Assembly: GCF_009914755.1 (NCBI RefSeq)
Contig: NC_060926.1
Direction: 5' to 3' (one strand)
Source of the DNA: the human T2T-CHM13v2.0 reference genome, Homo sapiens
DNA: 64,000 nucleotides
Each line of letters begins with the position of its first letter. Position 1 is the stretch's first letter. Positions 48,597 to 63,400 of the stretch are shown in pieces. The notes below the pieces were generated by a model. That model saw nothing but the letters and a program-made list of their open reading frames with translations, made no database searches and had not been told where the DNA came from. Position numbers and translations under genes: made by a program.

Positions 48597-49243
48597 AATG
48601 TGTTTGAATTAGGGTCTAAACAAGATCTAAGCATAGTGTTTGACTGACTGATATATCTTTTGCATTTCAACTCCATTTTTGCCATTTTTGTTGAAGAAAC
48701 TAAGTGAAACATTCCAGTATTGTAGATTTAACTAATTGCATTCTTACAGTGTGGCTGGGCATGTGGGCCTCTTTCTGTAAATTGGTGTTTAGATCTTGGG
48801 GCTCGAATACATTTATCTTCAATTTTTGTGGCAAGAATGTGTTTTAGATGGTGTTACATATGTCTTATTGTGCCACATTAGAGGCACCCTGATAATCACT
48901 TTTCATGATGTTAAGATTGACCCATGAGTTCAGGTGTTAATTGAATCCACTGACTAAAATATCCCATTAATGTTTCAACTAATGGTTTGGCAGTCCTTGA
49001 TGATCATTGTTTAATCCTTTATCTCACTGGGCATTACTAAACGATGATTTTCAAATTCTATTATTCTTTTGCAGATTCTGGTTTGGTTATTCTCTAAAGA
49101 CTTTTTTCATGGACTGTTAAGTTGCATTCAAATACATTTATACAAGAAAGACAGGATATGATCTCTGTTCTTTCTAATATTCAGGACATGACTTCATTCT
49201 CTATTAAACTTCAGAGGGGACCAATGGACTTGAGTAGAGAGAC

Positions 49244-49358
49244 AAGATAGATGCTACGTAGGTAGATAGATAGATAAATAAATACATACATACATATATA
49301 CATACATACCTACATACATACATGCATACATATATAAATTGATTGATGGATAGATAGA
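49244..49358. repeat. Compound (TAGA)/(TAAA)/(TACA)n repeat
   Basis: Direct reading. Confidence 0.85.
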
Positions 49359-51035
49359 AACTAATAAATTGTATATATTTAACAATCAAAGTGACTATTA
49401 TTTTTTATGCCCAAATTGTCCCATCAAACTAACTCCTGGGCTGTTTTGAGATAATTCCAGTCTTTAATAAAAGTCTTGTTTTTAGGCAAAGCAAGACATT
49501 CCACTTTCATTCTGTACTTTTCATGGTCCCAAAATTGACTCAGTAAAATCTCTTTTCCTTTTATGTGTTAACTTTTATTTAGAGACAACTCTCTGTGCAT
49601 TAATTTGCTTCTTGCACTTTCAGTGGTCCAAATGTGAAAATGCATCATTTTTTGAAAGCATTAAATTATAAGCTTAAGCTTATTACCAATTCTAAGATAT
49701 ATTGCAGAATTTTATCTGTTTGCATTTTATATTTTATCTTTTATGATAAGTAATTTAGTTTCTGTTGATAAGACAATTATTAGCTTTTTCTTGCTATGTT
49801 TAATAGTTTCATAATATAATAGCAATATCGTTTAAAATGAGGTTATTAAATGTATTTTTATATTTTAAATTTTTTTGGTAGGATACATCCTACTAGTCAA
49901 ACTACTGTTTCAATATCAAATATGTTTAAATCTATACATTCATAATAATACTAAAAATATTTTCATCCGTTACTTTGGGGCACCCTAGGGAAACATTTCA
50001 GCATTTCGAAACTGATGAATTAAAGTGAAAGCATCAACCATGTAACTCGCTTTTCCCAAATAATCTTGTAGTTTAGGGAAATCAAACGATGAAGGTTGTT
50101 TCAGTTTTGTAAAACATTCCCATTAATAAATCAGGAAGGGATGATAGCATTAGATTAACCACCTACAAGCTGGTTTGTCTTTGGGCAAAGTACTTATATT
50201 TTATGAACTCATTTACAGTGTCCATAAATGGCAATGCTGTTACCAGGCTTTGCCCTCAGAGATCTCCCAGTTACTGAGCCAGCATTTAAGGAACAAGTAT
50301 ATCAATAACAGTAGGTTAACTAAGATGGTAAATCACCCCAAGATCTCAATGACTTAGTGAAATAAACATTTATTTTATGTTCACATCCCATGCTGTGTGA
50401 CCTGTTCAATGAAGTCAAACAATGATAAAATCCATGTCTACCCTATTGATCCATTTCATTTAGCTTCTTGGGATTTTTTTCTGAGAATTTTGGATGCCTC
50501 ACTGATTTGCCTTGGGCAATGGGGCATCAGCAAACATCATGCAAGCAGAGGCCTGACAAGTACTTTGTTTCTTGCTGTTCTGGGAGGCTGTACCATGTAA
50601 ACTCCCCTGCTACAGTGTGAGAGGCCACGTGGGCCGAAGCAAAGAACTACAGCTTACCACCACCCAGCCTGGCTGACCCAGCAGCTGACTGCAGATGCAT
50701 GAACTGCCCAGCCAATCCCAGACTAAATGGCTGGCCTGCAGAATCATGGCTTAGTCATGATTTAAAGTCAAATTTGGAGTTTTATGTGTGTTTGTTTTTA
50801 TACAGCAAAAGAACTGATGCACTGAGGATATAGATGATGGAAGATTAGCAATATACTGGGAGTTGCTGAAGCTGGTTGTGATGCTAGCAGGATCCTCTCT
50901 GTGCTCTTTGTATTTGAAAGTTTCTGCAATGAGAAAGTTAAAAAGAAAATATTAAATTTCAATATTGCTTTAAATAATTCCTGGTTAAATTATCTTGTTT
51001 TCATTTTCTTTCAATGTTTAAGAACTATTATTCTA

Positions 51036-51358
51036 GGCTGAGTGTGGTGGCTCACACCTGTAATCCCTGCACTTTGGGAGGCTGAGGCAGGTGGATCACA
51101 CGGTCAGGAATTTGAGACCAGCTTGACTAACATGGTGAAACCCTGTCTCTACTAAAAACAGAAAAAATTAGCCAGATGCGGTGGTGTGTGCCTGTAGTCC
51201 CAGCTACTCGGGAGGCTGAGGCAGGAGAATTGCTTGGACCTGGCGGAGGTTGCAGTGAGGCAAGAGCATGCCACTGCATTCCAGCCTGGGTGACAGAGCA
51301 AGACTCTGTCAAAAAAAAAAAAAAAAAAAAAAAAGGAAAGAAAGAAAGAAAGAATAGA
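51036..51358 (+). mobile_element. AluS
   Basis: Dimer with A/(GAAA)n tail and approximate TSD aagaa(c/t)tattat. Confidence 0.9.
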
Positions 51359-52048
51359 AAGAATTATTATATTTAACTTTTAAAAATTATTGAAAATAGT
51401 TTTATGGTTTCAAAATTAAAAATATAAGACATTCAGAAATGTCTCACTTTCATCTTTGTCCCCTCCCACATTTTTCTCTCTCTCCATAGTTATCCTCTTA
51501 TGTTAATTCTTACCTGAACATTTTGGTAGATATTTTAGATAGTTGTTAGTAAATTTGGAGTTAAATTAGCAATTTATATGTAGAAAACTAGGCAAATGAG
51601 AAAATATGACAATTTTAAATTTCAAGAAAAACTAAATTTTGTTCAGAAAAGAAAAAGTAATCACATTATAATATGTAGTTAATCTATGAATAGCATTTAC
51701 AATGTCATATCACCAAAATAGTAATCATTGATGTAGCTAAAATTATTATACAACTAGACTGGATGGATGGGGGAATGGAAAGTTGTTTTTATTTTGGGGA
51801 TGGGGGGATAAAAAGGGCTAAATTCCCATTTTCCAACTGTTAAATAAATAGATAACTTGTAAAAGTAAAAAAAAAATAAGAAGTAACAATATAGACATGC
51901 TATTTAGTCATTCCAGTCAATAACAGAAAAATGAACTAAGAATGAAAAGTTATTTCTGTGCAGAAGGGAAGTTGGAGCTACTGATCTTTTATACCAAGGC
52001 TTGTGGTTTATGATGAAAATTGAAAAAAAAAATCAGGTATACAAAAAC

Positions 52049-52421
52049 TGTATTAGTCCGTTTTCACGCTGCTGATAAAAACATACCTGAGACTGCGCAA
52101 TTTACAAAAGAAAGAGGTTTAATTGGACTCACAGTTCCCCATGGCTGGGAAAACCTCACAATCATGGCAGAAGGCAAGGAGGAACAATTCACATCTTAAG
52201 TGGATGGCGGCAGGCAAAGAAAAAAGAGCTGGTGCAGGGAAACTCTCCCTTTTAAAAATGATCAGATCTCTTGAGACTCGTTAACTATCATGAGAGCAGC
52301 TCAGGAAAGACCCGCCCCCTAATTCAATTACCTCGCACCAGGTTCCTCCCACAACACATGGGAATTGTGGGAGTTACAATTCAAGACGAGATTTGGATGA
52401 GGACACAGCGAAACCATATTA
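52049..52421 (-). mobile_element. THE1 (B/C-type) MaLR solo LTR
   Basis: tgtattagtccgttttcacgctgctgataa...aaaccatat; 5-bp TSD aaaac. Confidence 0.9.
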
Positions 52422-54161
52422 AAAACTCATAAAAAAAGGAGAGGCAACAAGTCATGAAACAACACTACTACTATTAATAATATAGGTTCATATTAATCAA
52501 GCACTTTCTATGTGCCATATGTGGATTGTGTCTTTGAATCCTTACTACAACAGTATGAGGGAGGCTCTTTTTGAGTTACTGTAGTCTAATGAGACAATTT
52601 ATACTTCGAGAGTTGATTAGCTACCTATTGTAATGAAGGATTCTAAAACAACACCTGGAAACAACAGACATTATCATCTCAGAGTGTCTCTGGGACCGTA
52701 AGCAACTTAGCTAGGTGGTTCTGTCTTGGTCTCTCATGCAGCTGCAAAAAAGATGTCCACAGGGCTGTTTTCGTTTTAAGGCTTGATATGGGGATCTTGC
52801 TTTGGTGCCCATTCTCAGGGCATGCTACCAAAACTTCCAGGCTCACTCCTGTGGGCCTCTTGCAAGGGCTGCCTTGTTACATTGGAGTTGGCTTCTACCA
52901 CCGTGAGTGACCTAGAACACCCAAGATGGAAGTCACTGTTGTTTTATAATCTAATCTTGGAAATGGTATCTACCACACTATCATATTCTATTTGTTAGAG
53001 CAAGCCAGTAAGTCCAGCCCACTTGGAGGGAGGATGTGATTTTGTCAGCAGAACATGAATCCCAGGAAGTATCTGTCCATCACGGGAATTACCTTAGAGG
53101 TTGCCTAGCACAGGTGGGGTAGCTTGTCCACGCTTCCACAGGGAGAAAGGGGTAGCCCTGCCAGGAAAAACCACCCATTCTGATTCCAAGGTTTATGTTC
53201 TTAACTACTATGCAACTGCTCACATGCTGTGGGGTGGTGTTTCCCTTTTGTGGGACAACAGCAACTCCTTCCACATAGCTGTCATCCCGGGAATGTGGGA
53301 GTGGTTGGGAGGTCAACATAGACAACAGCTGATTTTCACCTTTGTGACAAACACCCAACGGCATTATCAGGTTTAGGCAAACAAAAATAATCTGTACATT
53401 ATGCTCACAATGTGGGGCACAGATTGTGGCACTCCCACATACCTCCTGCTGCGGAAAGTTTGCTGGAATGCAAGAGAGAATGCCATGAGAACAAGGATAA
53501 CCTTGAGTTCACTCTAATTTATAAAAAGTCAAACCCTCTCAGGCTTCATAACTTTCCTGGTAATAAATTATTTGAGCCACCCCTCACATTTGATCATGAC
53601 AAACTGCAGCTTCCTCTTCCTGGGATGGGACATTAGTCACAAGGGGCAGGAGTTGGCTAGGAGAGGAGTTGGTACTATATCTTGAAAGCTGTTGGGAGCC
53701 ACTGAAATGTTTAAAGCATCATAGGGTGACATGATTGGAGATGTAGCTGCTGCTCTGAGCAACAGCATTTTGTCTGAAGCATCAGACAACATTCTATATT
53801 CTCATATATGAGACAGTAGATGTCTCCTTTATACCCCCAACAGATTTATTCATGTTAGCCTAATAAAATTTATATATTTCCCAAACTTGCAGATTTATCA
53901 AAGCTCCCTATCTCAGGACACCTGAACCTGCCTCTATCTGAGCATGCAGACTTTTGTGGCTGCCAATCAAGCTGTGAGCTTTCTGGGGTAGAGATTTATT
54001 GCCTCCTCCATGGTTCCATCCTCTGGTGGCAACCTCATCTGTTGACACGTATTAGGAACTCAGTAAATGCTTATTAAGTCAAAATAAACTGAACTTCGTT
54101 GTGCACTTACTACATGTTATGTACTATACTTAGTACTAGGTACATAAAAATAAGACAGTCT

Positions 54162-54462
54162 GGGCCAGGCGCAGTGGTTCACACATGTAATCCCAGCACT
54201 TTGGGAGGCTGAGGTGGGTGGATCACGAGGTCAGGAGTTCGAGACCAGCCTGATCAATATGGTGAAACCCCGTCTCTACTAAAAATATAAAAATTAGCTG
54301 GGCGTGGTGGCATGTGCCTGTAATCTCAGCTACTCAGGAGTCCGAGGCAGGAGAATCTCTTGAACCCGGGAGGCGAGTTTGTAGTGAGCCAAGATCAAGC
54401 CACGGCACTCCAGCCTGGGCAACAGAGCAGACTCTACCTCAAGAAAAAAAAAAAAAGAAAAA
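54162..54462 (+). mobile_element. AluS (Sg-like)
   Basis: Full dimer with A tail. Confidence 0.9.
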
Positions 54463-54804
54463 GTCTTTAATTAGTAAAAAGCCATACTGTATGTAAGCAG
54501 TAATTTTTTTAATTCATGAGTCAAACATTGGCTCAGGCCCTGCTGTGATTGTTGCACTCTGCTAGATGCTGGGGCACAACATCAAATGACACGTGACCAC
54601 TACTCTTACAGGTTCTGTAACCCATTGAAAGAGACACAATGGTATTTGGATGATCCAAGCTCAGTATACAGTGGGAGCAAGGAGGAAGGTCATAGAGATA
54701 AGCAAAGAGGAGGGCCATGTAAGAGGTGAGGGGCCACATTTTGAGAGGCATTACCTCTGCACTGATTTTAAAAGAATGAATGAATTTAAATAAATGGAAA
54801 ATAA

Positions 54805-55085
54805 GGCTGGGCCTGGCGGATCATGCCTATAATCCCAGCAGCTTGAGAGACTGAGGCAGGAGAATCAGTTGAGGCTAGGAGTTCAAGACCAACCTGGATA
54901 ACAGAGTGAGACCCCATCTCTATAAACATTTTTTTTAAAAAATTAGTCAGGGTGGTGGCTCACACCTATACTCCCAGCTACTCGGGAGACTGAAGTGGGA
55001 GATCACTTGAGCCTGGGAGTTTGAGGCTGCAATGTGCCGTGAGCCGTGATCGTGCTACTGCAGTCTAAAACAAATAATAATAAAA
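54805..55085 (+). mobile_element. AluJ with 3' deletion
   Basis: Degenerate dimer about 200 bp upstream of the exon. Confidence 0.8.
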
Positions 55086-55222
55086 AGAGAGAGAGAGAGA
55101 GATGAATGGAAAATCTGAATGTCAAACATCAGTATCAAGCCACTGGTACTGGTGTGTTAAGGCTTGGGGAAAAAGTCAAGGATATAGAAGGAGGGAAATG
55201 AATACACATAGAGCAAATCTAA

Positions 55223-55561
<339 letters not shown>

Positions 55562-56177
55562 TGAGTAATGCAAATTTGCAGCTAGGTTAATTTTCATGAG
55601 ACAGAAAAAAGAAAACTTGTTAATGGTCTTGATAATGTTTCACTGAAGCAAGAATTAATTATCAGTGGTTTTCTTTAGGGCCTCCAAGGGCATTTTCTCT
55701 CCTGAAACTCAAAAACAGAAAGAAAAGGTAAATAAGCAAACAAACAAACAAAACTCCAAATCAGTGGGAAGCCCTGACTCAGGAAGCTGGAAAGCTTGAT
55801 TCCACTCTGGCCCCAAGGGATGCATGACCCTTAGGTGAATACTATAGTTTCTCTGAGCTTTATCAGTGAAATGAGAATAATAGTGGCTACCCCCAGAGCT
55901 GTGAGAATTAGATACAATCATGTGTATTGGAGCAGCTAGCCAGGCTGGTTGTTCTTAGATGCCTAACCAAAACAAAACAAAATGAAAAGGTGAGTTTTTT
56001 CATTTTTCTCTGGAAATTTCTTGATAGCTTAAACTTATTTCTCAAATGCAGAAGGACATGGTAAGAGGCAATCATTACATGGGCTTAGAAATGACATATG
56101 ATCCTTAATTTACCATGAAATACATTTCCACAAAACCAAATCTTGAGGTAATCATTATTTAAAAATCCAGCTATGCA

Positions 56178-56467
56178 GCCAGGTGCGATGGCTCACGCCT
56201 GTAATCCCAGCACTTTGGGAGGCCTAGGCAGGCAGACCACGAGGTCAGGAGATCCAGACCATCCTGGCCAACACGGTGAAACCCTGTCTCTACTAAAAAT
56301 ACAAAAATTAGCTGGGTGCGGTGGCATGTGACTAATCCCAACTACTCCCGAGGCTGAGGCACGAGACTCGCTTGAACCCGGGAGACGGAGGTTGCAGTCA
56401 GCCGAGATCGTGCCACTGCACTCCAGCCTGCGACATGGCGAGACACCGTCTCAAAAAAAAAAAAAAA
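56178..56467 (+). mobile_element. AluS (Sc-like)
   Basis: Perfect 17-bp TSD aaaaatccagctatgca at 56161 and 56463. Confidence 0.93.
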
Positions 56468-58078
56468 TCCAGCTATGCAAGCACTCCTATTATGAGCATC
56501 ATTAATTGGCACACGCACATTTTTTGTTTGTTTGTTTCAAGCACTGGTCTTCAGAGATGCCAGCTGCATCATGTAATGAAGCAGGAACGTAGGGGCCTCT
56601 TTAGGCTCATTGAGCCTTCAGGCCTCAGGATTTTCTGCAACAAAGCAACCACATTTATGGAGTGCTTTCTGTAGGCAGACACTGTTTTAGATACAGAGGG
56701 TATGAAAAGTAAGACACAGTGGCTGTTGTTCATGAGGCAGTAAAGTCAGGAACACTACCGTGAGGTATCTCCAGCTAAATGCAAGAAAACTATTGGAAAG
56801 AAATGGTGAGTAAGGAAGCACAGTAATTTGCCCATCTGGATACAAAGTCCTATGCTGTCTGCGTAGAAAATGCTGGTGACCTGGCATTGGGTGCCATGTC
56901 CTTGCATTTCCGTAATAACTTTCTTTATCTCTCCAAAATGGTTGTATGATAGCTGCTTTTCAAAAGCCCTGTAACATAATTAGAAATTGTGCTCCTGTTG
57001 TCTTTTCATGGTTGTGGTAACCTATAGTGTTCAACAACCTGGTCAAAAACTAGGCTTCTCAGTGGATCTCGGTTATTTTAAAAATGTAATTAACATATGG
57101 ACTCTTGCTAAAAAGGCAGATTTCCCAGCCCCAGAAATTCCAATTCAGTAAATGCACTTTTACTGAGCTTTTCAAGTGATTCTGATGCAAATTGTCCCTG
57201 TTCCACTTTTCCAAAAAACAGGGAAAGTAATTTGGCTGCAAATAAGGCAAAAGAGATAAATGCCCACTGCTGAGTGGCCAGGTGTGACTTGTAATAATAA
57301 GAGTGGTATAATGGACAGCAATTACTGAGCTTCGACTCTCTCTGGGAATTGAGCTGGGAGTTTACAAATACCATCTCTTTTCATCCTCACAACAAAAATC
57401 AGAGGCAGACATTTTTTTTATCTCCATCTAACGTAGAAGGGAAGAGAATATGAGCATTTCATGACTGGCTCAAGGTAAATTCTGTGACTAACAGTCAAGA
57501 CTTAGGAAGCGGGCATAGCCTTCTGGTTCAGTAATAATTCATATCACTAAAATGTTAATTGGATATGTTCTATTACATACATTTTGTTTTTAAAGTGTTG
57601 TTTTATTGTTAGAAAATTTTGTAACAATAATTGAAGAAATTTTGAGGGAAAAAAGTATGAAGGAAATATTAAAGCCAACTGTAATCCGCAATCCAGAGAT
57701 TGCCATTGTTATTAAATTATTAGAATTTCCTCAAGACATTTTAAAATGAATGTTTATGTGTGTTTTTGCTATGAATGTGTATGTTATATATATACATACA
57801 GACACAGAAATATACATATACATTTAAATTATAAATTTTAATTTTAATGTGTTGTGTAGATTTTCCCTATTAAAATATATATTGAAATTAAGATAAATAT
57901 AGCTTAGAAATGTTAAACTCTTCAAAATAATGCAAGGACAAGGACTTAGAGAGTCTGACTGATACATAGGTTTCATGTACATGAAACTCTCTGCCTCACC
58001 ATCCAACAGCCTTCTCCCAGGGTTTATGTTTGATCATTTGTCCAAGAATGGCTAAAGGTGAGTGTGTACTTGTATTTA

Positions 58079-58611
<533 letters not shown>

Positions 58612-59775
58612 TCATATTTAAATGGAAAACAATTTTCTGATACATACATGTAATGATGATCAAATATGCATCTTTCTATTTGAAAATTTTATAAGTTGAA
58701 TGTTGTTAAAACATGAGTGACTTATCACAGTATGAAAAGTGTGACACAGTGGTCCAGGGAAGAGAGTCAGGAAGAAGGGAGAGAAGAAACAGAAGGAAAC
58801 TTGTGCTATCTTTAACACTGGGATAATCCCAGAATGGGTGTCCAGAGCACCAGAAGGCAGGAAAACCAAGCTCTCTTTCTGCACCTTGTGCCTGTCAGCT
58901 CAGTTAAGTGCCTGGGGCCCAAGCCCACATCTGTAAAATTAAGATCTGGGTCCTCTGGCTTCCACAGCCTTTCCTCGTTGAGAATTCTCTGAGCTTTTCT
59001 TTGAGGTTCCAGAGAAAAGAGACTTTTCTTCTAAGAAGTCTACAGATACTTGCAAATGGATGTCATGGGACTGAAGATGGACAGGTTTCCATTGTAGAAA
59101 GCAATAGTACATTTGAGTCCCAGCTGTCTCCTCTTACAGTGCACCCTGGGGAACGTTAGCTCCCCCTTCCTATATGCAAAGTAGTCCCTAACCTGTCCTG
59201 GGAGATGTAAGTCTGTGCATCTCACCTGCACACAGGGCAGTCTTCAGGAGGGGAGTTCCCCAAATGCTCAACCAGCAACCACCCTATGTAATGTAAAAAG
59301 GCATAATCTCTGTGAAAGGAAATTAACTTAAGGGAGATGATTAAGCTTACTGATAAAGTGGACTGAATCTGGACCTCCGCACACTTTTGACGGGGTGCCA
59401 TCCTTGGAACTATGTTCTAAGTTGCTTCACCACAGGGCTATCAGATGGGAGACGGGGAGAGCACAATTTTTGGTTGGAGAATTGAGTGAAGTGATGGATA
59501 AGGAAGTTAAAGAGTAAGCTTCCACAGGAACACACACTTGTCAGACTTTTAACAATTTTTTTAAGTGATTTACAATAAGGTTCAGCCAATATAATTTTAC
59601 TCAATATAAATTTGGGCATTGTGGGCACTGTGAAAGTGCTGTAGTTTTAATAGTGTGTCTATATTAGTTTCCTAGGGCTCTATAACAAACTACATAACAC
59701 TGGTTTTATTTCACACCACTGCAATAAAATGAGTATCACAATAAAGCAAGTCACATGAATTTTCTGGTTTCCAAG

Positions 59776-60409
59776 TATTACCGCAAAGGGGTCCTGATCC
59801 AGACCCCAAGAGAAAGTTCTTGGACTTCACTCAAGAAAGAATTTGGGGAGAGTCTATACAGTAAAGTTAAAGCAAGTTTATTAAGAAAGTAAAAGAATAA
59901 AGAATAGCTATTCCATAGGCAGAGCAGCCCCATCAGTTGCTGGTTGGCCATTTTTATGGTTATTTCTGGATTATGTGCTAAACAAGGGGGGATTTATCAT
60001 GAGTTTTCCAGGAAAGTGGTGGGCAGTTCCCAGGACTGAGGGTTTCTCCCCTTTTTAGACCATGTATGATAACTTCCTGATGTTGCCATGACATTTGTAG
60101 ACTGTCATGGCTCTGGCGGGAGTGTCTCTTAGCATGCTGAGGCTATTATTATTAGTGTATAATGAGCAGTGAGGATGACCAGAGGTCAGTTTTGTCACCA
60201 TCTCGGTTTTGGTGGTATTTGGCCAGCTTCTTTGCAGCATCCTGTTTTATCAGCAAGGTCTTTGTGACCAGTATCTTGTGCCACCCTCCTATCACATCCT
60301 GTGACTAAGAATGCCTTAACCTCCTGAGGATGCAGCCCAGTAGGTCTCAGCCTTATTTTACCCAGTCCCTATTCAAGACGGAGTCACTCTGGTTTAAATG
60401 TCTCTGACA
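59776..60409 (-). mobile_element. MER41B-type ERV1 solo LTR inserted in Tigger1
   Basis: Reverse complement starts tgtcagagacatttaaaccagag and matches recalled MER41B over ~634 bp. 4-bp TSD caag at 59772 and 60410. Confidence 0.88.
60006..60014. promoter_or_regulatory. GAS (STAT1-type) motif TTCCAGGAA within MER41B
   Basis: Matches TTCNNNGAA. The neighbouring second site (60027-60035, TTCCCAGGA) is degenerate. Confidence 0.55.
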
Positions 60410-63400
60410 CAAGTTCATATAAAAGTTATGTTTACACTACATGGTAAACTATTAATTGTGCAATAGCATTATATCAAAAAAAAACCAAAGTCTATGTCTT
60501 AATTAAAAAAATACTTTACTGCTAAAAAATGCTAACAACCTTCTGAGCCTTCAGTGAGTCTTAAGAGACCCCATCATTTTTGCTGGTGGAGGAAAAAGAT
60601 GTTAGTGGCTGCTAACTGATTAGGATGGTGGTTGCTGAAGGTTGGGGTGGCTGTGGCAATTTCTTAAAATAAGACTACAATAAAGAATGTCACATAATTG
60701 ACTATTTCTTTTATGAAGGATTTCTGTGTAGTGTGTAATTTTGTTTGATAGCATTTCACCCACAGTAGAACTTCTTTCAAAATTGAAGTCAATCATTCCA
60801 AATTCTGCCACTGCTTTAGCAACTAAGCTTGTGGAATATTCTAAACCTTTTGTTGTCATTTTAACAATGTTTACAGCCTCTTCACCAAGAGTAGATTCCA
60901 TCTCAAGAAGCCACTTTATTTGTTCATCCGTAAGAAGCAACTCCTCATCCGTTAAAATTTTATCATGAGAATATAGCAGTTCAGTCACATTTTCAGGTTC
61001 CACTTCTAATTCTAGTTCTGTTGCTATTTCCACCAAATCTGCAGTTACTTCCTCCACTGAAGTAATGAACTTCTCAAAATCATCCATGAGGACTGGAATC
61101 AACTTCTTCCAGTCTCCTGTTTGATATTTTGGCCTCTCCCATAAATCATGAATGTTCTTAATGAGATCTACAATGGCAAATGCTTTCCAGAAGGTCTTCA
61201 ATTTACTTTGCCCAGACACATGGGAGGAATTACTATCTATGGCATTTGTAGACTTATAAACTGTATTTCTTAAGTAATAAGACTGAAAAGTCAAAATTAC
61301 TCCTTGATCCATGAGCTGCAGAGTAAATGTGATAGCAGGCAGGAAAACAACATTAACCTCTTTGTAGATCTCCATCAGAGCTCTTGAGTGACCTGGTTCA
61401 TTGTCCATAAGCAGTAATATTTTGAAAGAAATCCTTTTTTTGTTGTTTATGGACAGGAGTTCTCAATGGTGGGCTTAAAATATTCAGTAAACCATGCTGT
61501 CAACAAATGTGGTCCCATCCAGGCTTTATTATTCCATTTAGAGAGTACAGGCAGAGTAGATTTAGCATAATTCTTATGGATCCTAGGATTTTGAGAATGG
61601 CAAATGAGCATTAGCACTTGCATTAGTCCCTACCAAGAGATACAGCCTATCCTTGGAAGCTTTAAAGATAGGCATTGTCTTTCTTCTCTTCTCTACCTCT
61701 GATAATCTTAGATGGCACCTATTGCTTAGTGTAGCCACTTTCATCAATGATCTTTGTTATACCTTATGGGTAACTTACATCAGCACTTGCTGCTTCACCT
61801 TAAACTTTTATGTTATGAAGATGGCTTCTTTAATTAAACCTCATGATCCGGCCTCTGCTAGCTTCAAACTTTTCTTCTGCAGCTTCCTCACCTCTCTCAG
61901 CCTTTATAGAATTGAAGAGGGTTAGGGCCTTGCTCTGGGTTAGGCTTTGGTTTAACGGAATGTCGTGCCTGGCTTGATCTTCTATTCAGCAGCTAAAATT
62001 TTCTCCACATCACCCAGAAGGCTGTTTTGCTTTCTTATCATTCACATGTTCACTGAAGTAGCATTTTAATTTTCTTCAAGAACTTTTCCTTTGCATTCAC
62101 AACTTGGCTAACTTGCACAAGAGGCCTAGCTTTTGGTCTATCTCCACTTTCAACACACCTTCCTCATTAAGGTTAATCATTTCCAGCTTTTGATTTAAAA
62201 TGAGAGATGTGCCACTCTTCCTTTCACTTGAATTCTTAGAGGTTATTGTGGGGTTACTATTTGGCCTAATTTTGATATTGTTCCATCTCAGGGAGTAGGG
62301 AGGCCTAAGGAGAAGGAAAGAGACAGAAATCATTGGCCAGTAGAGCAGTCAGAACACACAATATTGGTCAATTAAGTTCATTGCCTTATATGGGTGCAGT
62401 TCATGATGCCCCAAAACAATTAGAATAATAACATTAGTGACCACTGATCGCAGATCACCATAGCAAATGTAATAATAATAAACAATTTGAAATATTGCAA
62501 TTGTGGATTCGTGGCTCTTGCCAATGTTCAGGCTCTAAGGATATAACAATGATAATAATATAATATAATAACGATAATTATAATAATAATATACATAAAT
62601 TACCAAAATGTAACACAGAGACATGAAGTGAGCACACAATATTGGAAAAATGGTACCGACAGACTTGCTCAACATAGGGTTGCCACAAATCTTCACTTTT
62701 TTTTTAATGAACTATCTGTGAAGCACAGTAAAGTGAAGTTCAATAAAACAAGCTATGCTTGAACCAGAGACTGGGTGACTTATAAAACAGAGGTATATTT
62801 TCTCACAGTTCTAGAGCCCAGAAATCCAAAAGTACCTGCAGTGCCACACTTCCTGTTAAACCTGTAGGGTGAATCTCTTCTTGCCACTTCCTAGCTTTTG
62901 ATGGTTTGCTCAATCCTTGGCACTCCTTCACTTGCAGCCTCAGCACTTTAATCTCTGCCTTCTAGAGATTGCTACCCTGCCTTCATGTGATGTTGTCACG
63001 TGGCCTTCTCCTCCCATGTGCCTGTGTGTCCATTTCTTTTCTTCTTACAAGGATACCCTTCATACTGGATTAAGCCCACCCTAATGGAGTGTGACTTCAT
63101 CTTAACTTGTTTACGCCTGTAAAGAATCTCTTTCCAAATAGATTACATTCACAGGTACGGAGGGTTAGGACTTCAATATATTATCTTTCTGGTGACAAAA
63201 TTCAACCCTTAATAGTATTATTTCAGTCTTCTTCACAGACTAATCAAGGGGATGACACAGCAGCAATTAACGTATAAGGACAATGACAAGGTGTGCATAG
63301 TGCTTGTTGGGAGCTCACAGGAGAGACCCTAACCTAGCCTGGTGTGCAGTGGGAAGGCTACTGGGCAGCAGATAATGCCTCTGAAACCTGGATAGGAGTA

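Larger units (their letters stand above)
59693..62761 (-). mobile_element. Near full-length Tigger1 (TcMar/pogo) DNA transposon with decayed transposase
   Basis: 262-aa DDE-domain remnant at 60620-61408 (MDNEPGH...LMDQGVI), N-terminal remnant at 62097-62333, terminal caagcatagcttgttttattg on the minus strand. Confidence 0.9.
59660..63214 (-). mobile_element. MLT1(C-like) MaLR LTR split by Tigger1 (pieces 59660-59692 and 62762-63214)
   Basis: tattagtttcctagggct...aacaaacta joined to accagagactgggtgactt...tctcacagttctagag restores the MLT1 end. Confidence 0.75.

Noticed and set aside
60620-61408. Domesticated TIGD-like gene
   Set aside because: Embedded in a decayed Tigger1 whose upstream transposase frames are broken.
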